Assembly: GCF_964204645.1 (NCBI RefSeq)
Contig: NC_134025.1
Location: 25,648,299 to 25,712,298, forward strand
Length of the DNA stretch: 64,000 nucleotides
Direction: 5' to 3'
DNA from: Tubulanus polymorphus
Lineage: Eukaryota; Animalia; Nemertea
Positions 38,261 to 53,200 of the stretch are shown piece by piece (position 1 is the first letter of the stretch; each line of letters starts with the position of its first letter). Both the position numbers and the translations under genes were made by a program. Under the pieces are notes generated by a model, which ran no database searches, was not told the origin of the DNA, and saw nothing but the letters and a program-made list of their open reading frames with translations.

Positions 38261-41200
38261 CTGAAAAATACAAAATACATAGATTCATGATTCATGATAT
38301 ATCGACGATTTCGGCGGCGGCGTGATGTTATAATATCCAAAAATATCAATTTTTTTCAGCTAGAAACATTTCCCCTGGGGTTAGGTGACAACTGGAAATT
38401 TTCTCAGAAGTAATGATGGGTGATCAATCAACGCGTAGAAATGCACCAATCAGTTGTTGACAGCCACAAGAGTGAAACTGAGAAGTTATTTGTTGTTTAA
38501 AGAATAAATTCGTTTCGTATTTGTTTGAGAGGCTGAAATCGAAACGAAATCATTGACGATAATAGATTAAACAGTAACTCAATGATGGGCGTATTTACTG
38601 TAATTCTTTATCTAAGAGCTACAGCGGGAGAAGACATGACCGGATTGACGGTAATGATCACATTAAGAAAAAACGTGGAGTAGAGGAGTTATCTGACAGG
38701 TGGATATAGAGACAAAACTAGTCATCACTAGAGACAGATTATGGCTCAGTACTTGGCAACAGCTTTGCTAATATACATCTCCTCAAAAACGACGGATGAC
38801 TGAACATATTTTAATCATCCTGCGCAGCAGTATCAAATGTTGTTCTCAGCTCGGAAACAAATCAATTAGATCCATAAATCAAGAGAAAATCCGTAAATCA
38901 ATAGTCGAAGCACGACCTGATTACCAACCACAGTTTTTCCCAGTTTGGCGTTAGTGACAGCAAAATAAATGTTGGGTGATCGGGGACTTGTCTGGCAGTA
39001 AGTGCTGCTTGAAAGATAGCATCAATCGAGTGCATTTCCAATGGACACTACTACATTACATTCTACATTTCCATGTGCAAGAAACGGGTTCGCGATCGGA
39101 AATATCCACAGTACTAACGAGCCATACATTGCTACCATTTTGGGTTTTCTTACATGCCAGTGGCTGATGAATGCAAAGCGTCTTTCTGCAGCGCTGAGAT
39201 TACCGAGATTTACAGGGAAGATGATCTAGTCCGATTGAAAACTGTGTACATCGAGGTCAGCGAATCGGCGATGCATATAATTTCGATCATAGACCTCCCC
39301 TAGCCGGGAATCATTTCAGATGTAATTGAACGCTGGCTCAACACAGTCGAATTGCATCCATTTGGAAAAAGTTGATCAGTGTTGATGAAAAGACCAACAT
39401 AGCAGAGGTTGTCCCACAAATCAGATGACATGGACATAAAACGCATAATAAGCCACACTTATCAGACTTATGAGCAACGCGATGCAGAGTAACGATCATT
39501 TGCCAGTAGCAATGGCCACCAATATGTTCATTCAAAAGACAGCCGCTCAGCAGCCTAGAAAATTGCTTTCCAAGTCAATAGGACATGAGAGCTGATCAGA
39601 TATGGGCATTCCTTCCATAAAGAAAATGATCCATCAATCCTTTCTTCGTAAAGAGTCGTATTTTCGACACCGTGAGGCAAACAACACTTGACATTTTTGT
39701 CATCGAAGCATTCTTAAATGGTCATATTTGGTGAAGCTGCTCTCAGAGCCAATGACTTCTGAGATGCAATATTTGGCAAGTACTCATCCGGGATTAAGTA
39801 GATGGTTCGACATACATAATGTTAACATTTGAAATAAGCACATTGGACCGAGCATCAGTAACTATAACGATGCTTCCGGGGGCAACCGATGCATGTTTTT
39901 GTCGTATTAACGTTCTTTTTAACAGTTACACTGTGAGATTTACAAATTTCCTTCGTCTAATCTCCACCTTGCAGCATTCCTTACAGCGTTCTTAGCTAAC
40001 TTCACACAATTTGCATACACCGCCGTATTCTTTCTTTTGATTTGAATAGAACGTGGATATGAAGGGAGCGTTATCATTAGCCACCGAATATAATTGACTC
40101 AACTGGAAAACTGTCAATGTTGAGTTTTCCACAAGATTCCAGCTGAGTAACACAAAAACTCTGTTCACGATGAAATGCTCATTAAGCCTACCATGTCATT
40201 TCCAGATCATCGAGCAATGAAATATCTTGACAAGTCTCCGAAGAATATGCAAAGGAAATAACACTGACAGTCCAACTGAAGTCAATTAGAGGGTGAGGAT
40301 AAAACTGCAATGTATAACAATCTGTTGAGATTAGATCATACTGGTCATATACCATTGGTACAAATCTGTGTAATTATTAACTAACTCAAACTTTCATATC
40401 ACTCACTCATATCTCACTGAAAATGATTACATTGCCAACAACTAAGCAGTGTGATTTTGAATCATGTCTGACCAAGACAAGGAAATAACGTTGTAATCCA
40501 TAAAACAAGTCAGGCATATTCTAATTTCGTTTCCCTCTATGAATGTATTTTATGCAGCTTCAGCAAAGACCCAATTACAACGTTAAACCACACATAAGAT
40601 TGGAACATTTGACCTTTCTGAGTCAGCTTAATATTTCTCGAACACGAAACCTTGACATATCGATCATTATAAAGAATTAAAGACAGCGTTTGACCAGGGA
40701 CCGAGATGAGAAATGAGATAAAGCTGATAGCGAGCTAGCTAATGCTATGTTGGAATAAAAATGTGATGTGATTGCGATAGTTTGGTCAATGCCGACACTG
40801 TCTGATGCATCAGTTTGACAAAATATCTTCCTCAGTTATCGGTCAAATGGGAATAGAACTAGTTACCGCTGTAAGTCGAGATGTCTTTTAAACCACATTT
40901 TCAAATTAATAAAATGTCGTGCGCGATCACATAAAACAGATGTTTTTGTGAATGAATTCTAGTGGGAATTGCACTTGAATTCTATAAGGATTGACAAACG
41001 CATCTCTTAACGCACTAACAAAGATGTAATATACATAGACAATGAATAGAAAAACATGAGTCCTATTCACACTTTAATTAGAAAATCACTCAAAGAAAAG
41101 GCACTTGGCGGGTAAGTCTTTTATGTTTGACATTCGGCTTCTTCTCATTTCTTATCAGTCGAGGGATCACTGCCACAGTACAGTGGAAAGATGACTTGTG

Positions 41201-44200
41201 GCTGACGGCATTCAGGAACAACCTGATAAAGAACCGGATCATTCACCAAACAATTTTCATCGTTAATCTAGCAGAAGTCACAGCTTGACAAGAAACGATA
41301 GCGCACCAACTTCAGAATCTATCATATCGTTGCTTGATCGACGGCGAAGTTTACCGACAGCAGACGAATTGTTTTGAAGTCGAAGTGCTTCAGCAGGTTT
41401 TTCTATATTCCACGCGTTCAATCCATTAATTGCTTACATTATCATCAACGAATTGATCATCCTCATATACAACTCAAAGCACTCTCATAGCGGCGGGCTA
41501 CTCTCTCGTTAGAATTATCGCATTACCGCAGTCGGTCTGCGAGCGAGACGTTTTTTCAAGCGATGGCGTGAGGAGTGGGTTTACTACTTAGACCAGTGGT
41601 CATCGCGCTTCAGACGGATGGAACGGGACAAGTAAGCTACTGTCAGGCTACATTCACACACGAGATCATTAGATTAGTCCGCAATTTTGCAGTTCGATTC
41701 ATCCCGTCATCATGTACGATTCAGCGGCTTCTACCGGATATGATTGGTGATCGATTAGTATATTCCAGTCTGATCTCGCAATGGAACATTTCTACCTACG
41801 CTGCACGCGATTTTCGCAATAAAAAAGTAATTAAACATACCTAGTATTAACCGTATCTCATTATATGGATCTACTCGTAGGATAAATAAACAATATCTTC
41901 AGCGATATTTGTTCAGAGAAACTTTTCACATCATGCCATCGCGACATAAAGGCGATATAAATGGATAGGTAATTCTGAATTCAGCGTCATCCATCTACAA
42001 TTCAGATTACACGACACTGCATGTAGTAGGGAATCAAAGAAGCAATGATGAGATAATCTTTGATGATGAATAACTAAACAACCGCACTACAAACAAAAGT
42101 CTCCGCATCATTATTCAGTTCACACTCCGGGCTATCTCGTTCCGCTTTAATTTCATACGATAATAGATTCTATTTGAAATATGAAAATAAATCAATTCGC
42201 GGTGCGGTTCATTTTCGTAGAAGTTTTCTTGAATAACCTTGCGAACGTATTATTAGACCGGATGGACAATTCGTGTAAAGCGAAACGGTACAGATTTGAA
42301 GATAGTAATGTTGATAGATAAGCGCGTCAAAGTGAAAATTTCAGGGATGATTCGATTGAAGAATCGCTACATCCATTCCTGCAGAATGATTAGTTTAAAT
42401 GGCAAATCAAACTCTAGAAATTGAAATTGATTTTGCTTATGAATAAGATCTGCATAAATTCATCAATCTGATGCATCCATGGAGAATCCAAGTGGCTAAA
42501 CGTGTTTCATTTCAAGGTTCAAATTTGAATGTAAGATTGGATTTCGTTTTCTTTGTTTTTATCGAATTTACGCGTTTTTGATGATAATCAAAGTCTCACG
42601 ACTTAAAACTTCATCGTTATCTTTAATTAGCTTCTTTACGCTAACATATAGCTTTCGATCTTTTATGGATTCTGGCTCTGAAATCAACGACGAGCAAGCT
42701 ACCGTCGAAAGACTAATAAAACCTAGGCAACGACAGAGTGTGTAATGACAAACCTGCGCCAACAACACCATTTATAACAAAATTTAATAGGCAATAGACA
42801 TTTTTCAATTACGTGTTAACAGATGAATTTAATGCGTAGACAGATTTTTCGAACATAATCATCTCGTGTGAGCCGAGCTTTATAAGGCAAACGATTAAGT
42901 CACCGTAGCATACAGAAAGGAGATTAGCTCTCTCGGTAAAGCCAACTGGAAATGACTGATACAATCTCGGAAATAACCTTATACAAGAAGGATAAACAGG
43001 ATTGCCGACACAGACAAAAAAAAACAAGCTCAGAGAAGTACACAAATTAGCTTTATTAAGCTCATATTCGTCACTTATAGATAAATAGAGACTTATCGAT
43101 GCGAGAAATAACATAAAGGGGAAAAGAAACCGATAGCTCAGTTGTAACTATACGGCACTTTCTGCACTATAAAATTCGACGGATCATCATATTCGGATTG
43201 CCACGCATCTTCAGATGCAATGAAAAATACTTAAGGAAGGCAGTGCCGTGTGAATTGTAAGAACTAATAGACGTTCATTATTGAAAAACATGACATCTCA
43301 GTTGATTTACATTGATATCCAATAATAAGATTCCTACAAATCGATGACGAAACACTAGTCAGCACCGATCTGAGATTCTATCTAAACCAAATATCTACCA
43401 GTTGTTTATGACACCAATTACAAGTCTGAATGAAGATCATAGCTTGCAGGGTAGATGATATACTTTTGAAATGGAGTCCCAAAACGAGTCAATCTCATTT
43501 TGTTTCTATCGGTCACCTTCGTTGCCGTTTCTGAAAGCAAGTTATGCGTGATTAATCATTTATGCCAAATCAAATTTTCTGATCGCGCGCGATAGGTGCA
43601 GGTAATGCAAGAACGGGGTCACTGGAAACCAATCGCATCTATTATAAAACAATGATTGATTAAACACCGTTTTATAGCTATGTTTGACAAGTGATGGATG
43701 TTTACACTCGTTTCCAAGGTAACCAATCTCCCACAATTCATCATCATTCTCTCAATTTTTGAAAGACTCGTTCGAACGTCGCGACTGCGTGCACTTTGCG
43801 CGCGCTAATTAACGTTGGTGATAAATACGCCATTTGGGCGATAAATTCTAAACGGCGACCACAATGTCCAATAGATCATTGTAATATACACCTCATGGGC
43901 AGTGCGAGGTTTATGATTTATTAGGCAGATTAGAAAGATGAATTAACACGCGATCTTATGATATTGAGAACGTCGCGGAAAATAGCGAGAGCTCGCATGA
44001 CGTTTTCTGGTTTTGCCGTGCGAAAAAGTGTATTGTCATTAGGCCAACTTATTAATCATAAGGTTCTCGATCAATTATCGCTGATGATACACAGGTCTCT
44101 AGACATGCATTAAACAATGATTGCGAGAAAAAAATATAACACATTTCATATTAATTTTGCCGGTCGTTACTTCCGAGGCATGCCCACTTCTCATTAATAC

Positions 44201-47200
44201 AACATAGTTATATATGAATCTATCACCGATGAGAGAATACTGACGATGAAATTGCTCTGAAGCACAAACTCTCAAGATACATATGATCAGATGGCAGATG
44301 AACAAAACTGGCGGCGAAAATTTAAATGCCATTTTTTTTCATTTTGTAAATTGAAAGGTAGATCATCCTTTCTATTTGCTTGTTTTCTCAACGAAAGAAT
44401 TAATCATTATGACATAAAATATTTAGCGAGGATTTGAATAAAGCCTTGGGAAAATCGTCCGATAGAAGATTACCTTAACCCCTATAAATCCCTATATATA
44501 CGTATAAATCATCAAAAAGAAAGTTGTAAAGACTGGGCCCTGGGCACAATAAGTACAAAATAATCTATACATACTATTCGTGGAGAAAAAACCTACTGTA
44601 TTGCACACAGTAAGACTTTAAAAGCCAAACTCATGGAACTAACGCGAAGGAAATTAACAAGCAACAGTAGGGCTACGAGATTCTTAAGCTTCAATAGTAT
44701 TCACATCACAGATTTCGTCTCATGTTGGTAATTGGTTCCGCCAATTCGCCATTGATTGCCGTAAAACAACCAACCAAACCAGTATCAGAAAAAAAAAGTT
44801 TTTTTTTTCTCGACCAAAGGTCATAAGTTTAAGGCAAAGATATCATGTTTGATACATACGCAATAGAAAATCAGTTAATAACGGCTGTAGGATTAGTCGT
44901 TATGTCTGCGTGTTGTGTACAGTCTGATGAGAGCCATATTTGATCGCAGAATGAGCTTTATTACATGAAATACAAGACGATTTAATCGCATTAAACTGCT
45001 AGATGCGCTCAAGATTCTGATTAAAAGAGTTAATGTAGCTGAAAGCTGATAAATTAAAAGCATAAGAATCTGATAGTGGCAAAGTTAGCCCTCGGTTGAA
45101 AAACACCTGATTATCAATTGGCAAGACTTGATGATTCAATACCAAATCATAAATGAAAGCAACAGATAAACGATGGTGGAGACCAAGGAAATTGATGCAG
45201 TTGTTCACAATTCGCATAACTTTCAGACGCACGATGGCGTACTATTGCACCAGGCTCATTCAATTGTCTGCCGGTTGAAGCACCGGGAAGTTCAATTGAT
45301 TACTGCAATGGATTACATGCTTTGGATGTTGATGAATGTGACAGGTGTGACTGGCAACAGGGGTAAATAAAGCCATACAAATCAGAAATTAGCTGGAAAT
45401 AGATTTCCGCGCGTAACACAACTTCCATTCGCATCAACTTTTTTCTTCTTATCTCCTTCGATTCAACCAGGGATAAACAAACGGCAATCAATAGTGCAAA
45501 TGTATAAAACTTATAAACCCCTTTATCCGAATTATCCTGATTCTACAATAGATGATAGCGTAACACAACAATCTGCAACCTATCAGTTCAGCTTATGAAT
45601 TAAGATTCGTCGGCTTTTTTCGTCCACGTTCATCTTTTCAATTTCATTCAATGAATTCGGAAAATCTAGTGGCATTATGAGAGAAGCTGTATTTGTGTTT
45701 TGGAGCACAAAATCATAAAATTCCATATGGCGTATAAAGGATGACACCGTTTTATACCATCAAGATATAAAAACATGAGTTATCTGCAATTACAGTACTT
45801 CCAAATGATGTGTACCCACGGCAAAATTGCTCCTACAAGCGATACTAGTATATTATTTTACTGGATATATGTCATTCCAAATTAATTTATTAGCACATCC
45901 TGACATCTACTCTACTCCGACAAGATCTAACCCAGCGGCCATAAATCCAGAGCACTAAAACGATCAGATTGATTGCAAGTGTGAGAATTCTTGCCATTTC
46001 TTCAGTCAATAACGTCTGCACTGATAGCAGAACGCAACTGGGGGAAGTGTCACATGAATTTTAAAACTGATTTTATCAAAGTCGACTCGAGAACCCCGGG
46101 GACGCGATGATATCAAAGCATCAGATTTAGTTGAAAAGATAATCAGAAAGTAAAATAGATTCAAGAGCTAACTGTGTTAGACAGGCTGGTAAATCATTCA
46201 TCTGATTGTGGAATTATCTCATTCTTATTCATTCGGAACATCAAATGTCATGTCTTAAGTACTCATCATTTGTGTCAGATGGAAAACATCTTAAGGTATG
46301 ATAATATTACGTCGACAAATCCAAGTTAAATGCTATTCAGTTACTAATCCAGTTTATCCGAGATGCTTTCAAGGCAATGTGTGCAATATGAAACGTAAGA
46401 TTTCACATCGTTGTCTAGTACCGGTAAATTTTTCAGCCTCTTAAAAAGCTCAAAAGCGACGAGCTTATACACAGAAAAACAATACGTGAACTTAAGCATC
46501 AATTTATACCCCGATTCCCTCGTCGTCAATAACGATTGTGTCGTGTGTACACACAATATTACCTGCATTGATCGTCAATATCCAATTCGATTCGATGAGT
46601 AAAAACAGCTTAAAAATGAGCCGAATCATCCTACGCAACGTACAAGAGGATCTGGATCAAAGGGGTATGTACATCATGTTGCAGCCAGGATTATGGAAAT
46701 AGATGAAGGGATACGCATCGGAATACATATTGAAAGACAATGGTATGTTGGGACAATATGGTTACAATAGGTTGCTATCGGTAGATTATTGAGACATTTA
46801 TTTTCAAGCGTAAGAAGTCTCGGTGGGATCGTTCCCGCCGTTTAACGGGGAAATAAAACATCTCGACGCGCACCGAAGGTTTGTCTTGGATGTTGAAAAT
46901 TTATCCGAAGATTACTTCAGTCATTATGGAACCATCAGACACAGTATCAGAATCCGGTGAAATATTCATGATACAGATTAATCACATGACATGCCAGCGA
47001 CGAAGGATACGTGTATCAAAGAGCAACCAGGAATCCTACCTCGACCAGCGAAGGATACCCGATATAGCATTGTCTTATGAACAAAGATAATGAAAAGGAG
47101 ACGCGAGGCTAATTCAGGATATTACCCACTGTTAATTACTGCAACGAGATTTCACTATTATGACAGAAACAAACACTTACCTATTTATGAAGAAGCAATA

Positions 47201-50200
47201 ATACAAAAGGTATTGAAAGCTGGAATAAGCGTAGGTATGCATTACTAATGCAAAGGAACCGAACTATGCTAAGACACTGACAAATAAGAAGAATACAGAT
47301 GTGAAACAAAGTGACATTTCAAATCGCTGAAGATACCTGCATTATTTATTCTTTGACATATTAGACAAGTAAAATACAGCATTCGTTTGTCACGAACTTG
47401 GTTCTATCATTCTCATCAACAGCCTCAATGTGCACAGTTTGAGGAATCCGTGTTCATGTATGTATGTATATTAGTTTCAAGATATTTGTCTTTCGTTCGA
47501 ATCGAACCATCAACTTGCCTCCAGACAACTTCCAATTTTCTTGTCTTCATTTTTTCAATCTATAAACAACATGATTCACACACCCATGTGAAATGAAGTT
47601 GCCCAAACTTATGCCAAATGTAGTAAGTTATTTCATACCTTCCAAGTAGAAATGAACCTTCTTAAGATGTAGGAAGATTGGTTCATCGCAGAAACTAGAT
47701 TTCCAGACATCAAAGGATATGACTCGTAATTCTACACAATTGTGAATGGGTGTGGAATTAACTGCATCCGAAAGACATCGGAAAAGTAGCAAATTTCAAC
47801 AGTTTTTAATGCATGGCTGAGCAGCAATGTTAATTGAATCCATCTAGTCATTGTTAATTAAATAAGCATAAGGCCGATGAGCTGCTACGAAAACCTCCAG
47901 GGGAAGAATTACCTTCAGCATGGGGTGGAAATTAATTTCCGATAAAGTGAACATTCTTTCCTGACACCTTCGATCTTGGTAATGCATTTAACCTGATCAC
48001 TTTTACGAGGAGTGCTGGGATTTTGTAGCGATATACGTATAGTAATAATTAAATCTGAAATTAGCCATACATTTTGTGGATCTAACTTTGAGTGCTCACA
48101 TACCCATGAACTTCACATCACACCATCTAGCCCTTCGCTGAATATTGATATTATCCTGTTTAAAACTACTAGATCGGATTCGAAAGACTTCTTAACAAGA
48201 TTCACCCAGTAAAAGCAGCTATGTATATCTGAGAGTGTCACTTATCGTGCTGGTAGGAGAGAGATCAATAAAGAAATGGTGGCGAGCAATGTCTTTTGTT
48301 AGCGAGATTTGTTTCTGGCAATATTTGTAGGCAATTACACAATGATAATGACTGGCCTGAAGCACATAGAGACGAAATTTCTCAAACCCAGACATAATCA
48401 CAATTGACAACTGCAGGATACCTATATGATATTTGATTAACTTTCTTTTTCAGATAGTTATCGTATTGTTATTCAAACAAATGCTTCAGCAACTTCTCGA
48501 AGAACCCTGAAGCTTTCTAAGCGTTTGGTTCGTTACTAGCATGACCATGCATAGAATGCAGTTCATAGCAATAATGCAATATGGATTCAGAAGAAATATT
48601 GAAGGGCAAGTTGAATCTGATTAGTGGCTTTGAAATCACCCGGGTTTCTATTTCTGATTTGTGAAAAAAAGAAACAAAGCATCTTTCTGTATCAATATGT
48701 CAATGCTTTGTCGCATTTGAACGGTTAGAATACCTACATGTGACAATAGATTGATTACGTTGATCAGTGATCGATCAGATAGAAACTGACTTTGAAAACA
48801 GAACACTCCAGAAAATTCGCACTTATTCTGCAGTTAAAGTGAATGAGCTGATGCCAATGACCATATAATTATTTAAAAGAAATCAACAAAAAAATCATGC
48901 ATATCATAAACAGAAATCGATTCCAGTCAAATAAAACACTAGTCAACCACCGACCTAAAGACAATAACATCTGATCTACCGAAGATTGCAACGCATTTGA
49001 TGAACCGGAAATAGAACGTCTTAGGTTGTCCGCAATTTTTGTCTGAAACAAGTAATAAGTATCTAACCAACAGATACACAGCCATCTGTCCAGGATATAT
49101 TTATCCACGTTCTAATGTACATTGTCGGCTAGCACAATCATGACTACTGGATATTTACCAGAGCAATTAATTTGCTTAGTAAGCTCAAGTAAAATATTGT
49201 GCTAGTATTAGTTTATCATAATATGATATAGAAATACATATATATTCATTATCTAATAGATTCATACATATTATTTTTATCCGTTTTACTTAATGTTTTG
49301 ATTGATGCTGAGGAAATAATTCGAACAGTAGCCGGAGGAAGCACGACGCTTTTTGTTCTAAAATTGGGCTTTGGTACATTCGGTTATTGTTTCAATCATT
49401 GGCATGAACCGCGTGGCATCAGTTATTTGGGTGTGCCTATAAACTGCTCATCCATTGAAGAAAATCGAATCGCATGCAAATAATGTTGTAAAGGAAAACT
49501 TTGATAGTATTTCTCTCCTAGTTTGTTGGTGTTTTAACAACAGTGACGTGGTTGAGTATATATTTTCAAGGGCAAAGTCAATATATTCTAGAAATTCTGC
49601 ATCGGATAGCACAGCGGTAACAAAATCAATAAGATTAAAGATAGTAAAATTGAAATTATCAATAAATCTGTTGGCTGTAATGATAAATATCATACCGCAT
49701 ATTGAATCAAGAATTCCCAAGTGACTATCTATCTACAACTGTTTGGAAAGCTGACACCAACAGAAAGTAAGTTTTGACTTGATGGATCGAATGGCTTATA
49801 AAAGCCAAGTAGGAGTATCACTCAGGATATTAGGTGAATAATTAGTAACGCATAAGTATACGGAGGGAGTACGTACCTACTGAAAAAAATTGTTCTATGA
49901 TATGTTTAAACAATCGTGTATGGCCACAACTCAAGTAAGTTATCATCTAGGGCTACGAGATGACGACGCAGTTGAAGACATATATACAAAAACGGGAAAT
50001 CTCCACCTTTGAAGTTTCACTTTGATGGACTTTTATAGAGACACTTAGTTTTCACGGAAATGAGTTATTTTCAATGCGCGTACTGACGATGATACAGTCT
50101 AAAGCTCAATTCTAATGTAGGTATAAGAAGAGAGCTGGCAAAGATGATCCCGGGGAACATCTACTCTTTAATTGAAAATTGACAACATTCTCACTTGGTG

Positions 50201-53200
50201 AAAAATTTTCCAAAGATCGGGACAACAGCATCCCATTGATCAAGCGATGATCAATGCCCCTCTAGAGGTATGCTTACACCAATTGATCGCATGCAGTCGA
50301 ATCGATAGGGATTGATAGATCAATCCACAATATTCACCACGCTATTGTACTGTAATATCGATGCGAGCCCTGCTGAGGTCTATGGAAAAGTAATGACTTC
50401 CTAGTTGACACGGCTTAAACAACCGGGATATGGAAGAAATACAACAAAATGTGATATCGATGTTCGACTGTATCGCATCTTCGTCATCTTTGTAAATATA
50501 GATCGTGATATAGCTTTTGTTTCCCGCCGAGGAAAAATCATCCTCGTAGTCACCAAGTACATCGGAAGACGACACATTGTCTTCATGAAAACTTGCTGCA
50601 GCGCAGCACCGTCACAATCACCGCAGCCGCTGTCTCTTCCAAGCGTAACCTATACACGAATATCGAGACGTATATAGATTTTCTGAAAGCTGTTATTGTT
50701 TTCGAGAAAGTTAACATAGAAACGTACATAGTGAAGAGAAATAGCGGTTGACTGTAAAAATCAGATGAATGATTCGTGAGCAGAAATTCTTATCAGAAAA
50801 GGAACGAAATATCAGTATATAAAAAAGGGACATGTGAATACGTACAATATCATCGGTAATTGCCACCGTAAAGATGATATATCAAGTTACTATGGAAACG
50901 AAAGAGCATAGTTCTTCTTTAACACTAATTTGTTAAAGTGAAAGCCGGCAAAACTTGCGCGAGAAACTTAAATGGCTTTAAATGCCAAGGTGTTAGCTTT
51001 CATCTCGTGGAAAAATAGTAGACACTGTCTTAACCGACAAGAACCGAATAACATAACACGTTGAGAAACTTTCTATAATAGCGTCAACCAAGATTTTATA
51101 GATTAGAACTTTCGAAAGATTATTGTCTAAATTAGGGACGAAAATACTCTGAGAGGCACCATTATTGATGAAGTAATGCTGTAGTTCAACCATCATTGTA
51201 TAACATGAGTTTGATGAATTAGTATTGACGTCATTAGCGATCCGCAAATTCTTCGGTTCCACTAAATTTTACATATTCAGGCATTCTCTGTAATTGTGGA
51301 TTGTGGAGTGAAAGGCCAAACTGAACTGCTGTCGATACTGAATCCCAGGTAACCATGGTGATACAGATGTTTTTCCAAATAAAGACGGATTTTCTGATTT
51401 TGGAGGTGCAATTGACTTTCAAACACTAAATAGAAGTAATTTTGTTTCGCGACTAGGCGGTGAAACCATTTGACGCGGTGCAAATTCCAAATAATTACAG
51501 TAAAAGCAATGGTTCAGCCTCAGCAATTTTTGCTAATCATTATAACTATCAGTGACTGTCCCCAGTTGCAATAGTGGTTAATCCCCGCTGACAAGTTTTT
51601 CATATTTCGTTGTTGGGGGACATCTTACAGTCATTAAATCTGGTTATTTTGATGGCGACGTATCTGTCCACTTACTAACCATGCAATTATCATCAAAATG
51701 AATGTTGTTGTGGGAACGACGTGACAGTTCTCCAAAGACTGACTCAGCATGCATTACATGTTCCATTGAAGACTGGTGCAGTAATCTTGATAATTAGCGT
51801 GTCCTGCATAGAGGTGATTTCATATACCAGACCCATTATAATGATTTATAAATGGCAAAGAGGAAACAAACATCACTGACACTGAGGACTCTGAATGACA
51901 CATCACGACTGAACTATCAGCTACTATTAGAGAACTATCAGCTACTTTTAAAAAAATTTGTTAAAATTATATTGATTGAAAATAAAAATACATTACCAAT
52001 ACGATAGGCTAGTTTGGAAAAGTAATACGACTGCAAAGGTTCGCATTAACTTCTATCACAATCCATGAGACATTCGAGGACATTCAAGAGCTAGAAATTC
52101 CAAGGTCGGTTAGATATTGCCTTTAGCTATAGAAACAATTCCACCAAATATCGACCAGGAGAATAAAATGAGTAAGGAATTGACCCTTGACTTAACGGCA
52201 CCACTAAATAGTTTCGATCAAAACGAAGACTGTCAGCAGAAACGACCAACTTCAATCCAACGTACATTGTCAGCTTTTTCTTGAGAAATAGATTTTCCTT
52301 TATCATTCAAATAACCAAAAGATATTGAGACAATTTCCAGAAAATTCTCGGAGTTGGCTACAAAACGCCCGCACTGTAATTACATACTGTATTGATTGTT
52401 CTGTAACATGGTGAATATCAGCAGTGTTACTAAATATTCAAAGTTGAATAAATCCACAAACCCACAAACCACATCGATGAACATTAAAAATCTTTCAGAA
52501 GTTGTCCATGCTGTCGAATACGTAAAATACCGTGAAAATGTAGGGCGTAACTATGTTATTCTACTCAAACGATCGGAATCAAATATATTTAGATCAATTG
52601 GAAATTCTAAGAGAATGTAGCCATTTAGGTCCCATCCAAGTAGCCTATATACATTGAAAGCCATGACTTTCCGATAAAATACACAAATAGAGGAAAAATG
52701 TATTCAACCAGCAATTATTCAGATTGTAAATGCGTTTTTTTCCATGTGAATATAGATTTTTCATATGTGTTTGTATTTGCTTTCTTCTTTCCAAGTCGGG
52801 ACTTTTGTAAGAAATAACGACTTCATCATTGAAAATATCATTATTACTAATAAAACAAATATCGAATTCGGGTGATTGAAGTGGAAAAAGAGGTGTTATC
52901 TGAATCCGATAAAAAATGAATTTGATTTTCAGTCATTCAATCGTGGAAATCATGTAACGAGCAACGATATAAAGACGCTTCTTACAAGGTGACATTATTG
53001 ACGATATATCCTGGCTCATTTTCAGAATCTTCCCAAATATCAATCGCAAAATCGAAGCTATTAACTAGACCCACCCAAAATATCGATATAAATGAATCGC
53101 CGGAACCCAGCGTTGGACAACACACGATAGATTTCAACGTAAATTACGAAACCCGTCTGTCCTCACGCTTGAATAAAATGAGTTAATGAATGTTCTAACA

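Noticed and set aside
47181-47219. Possible 39-nt neurexin mini-exon with a strong AG|GTAAGT donor (minus strand)
   Set aside because: It contains a stop in the phase-1 frame needed to join the 38260 exon; no other support.
51911-51950. 21-bp local duplication, and a 9-bp-arm hairpin near 54113-54138
   Set aside because: Short enough to arise from slippage or chance; no associated structure.
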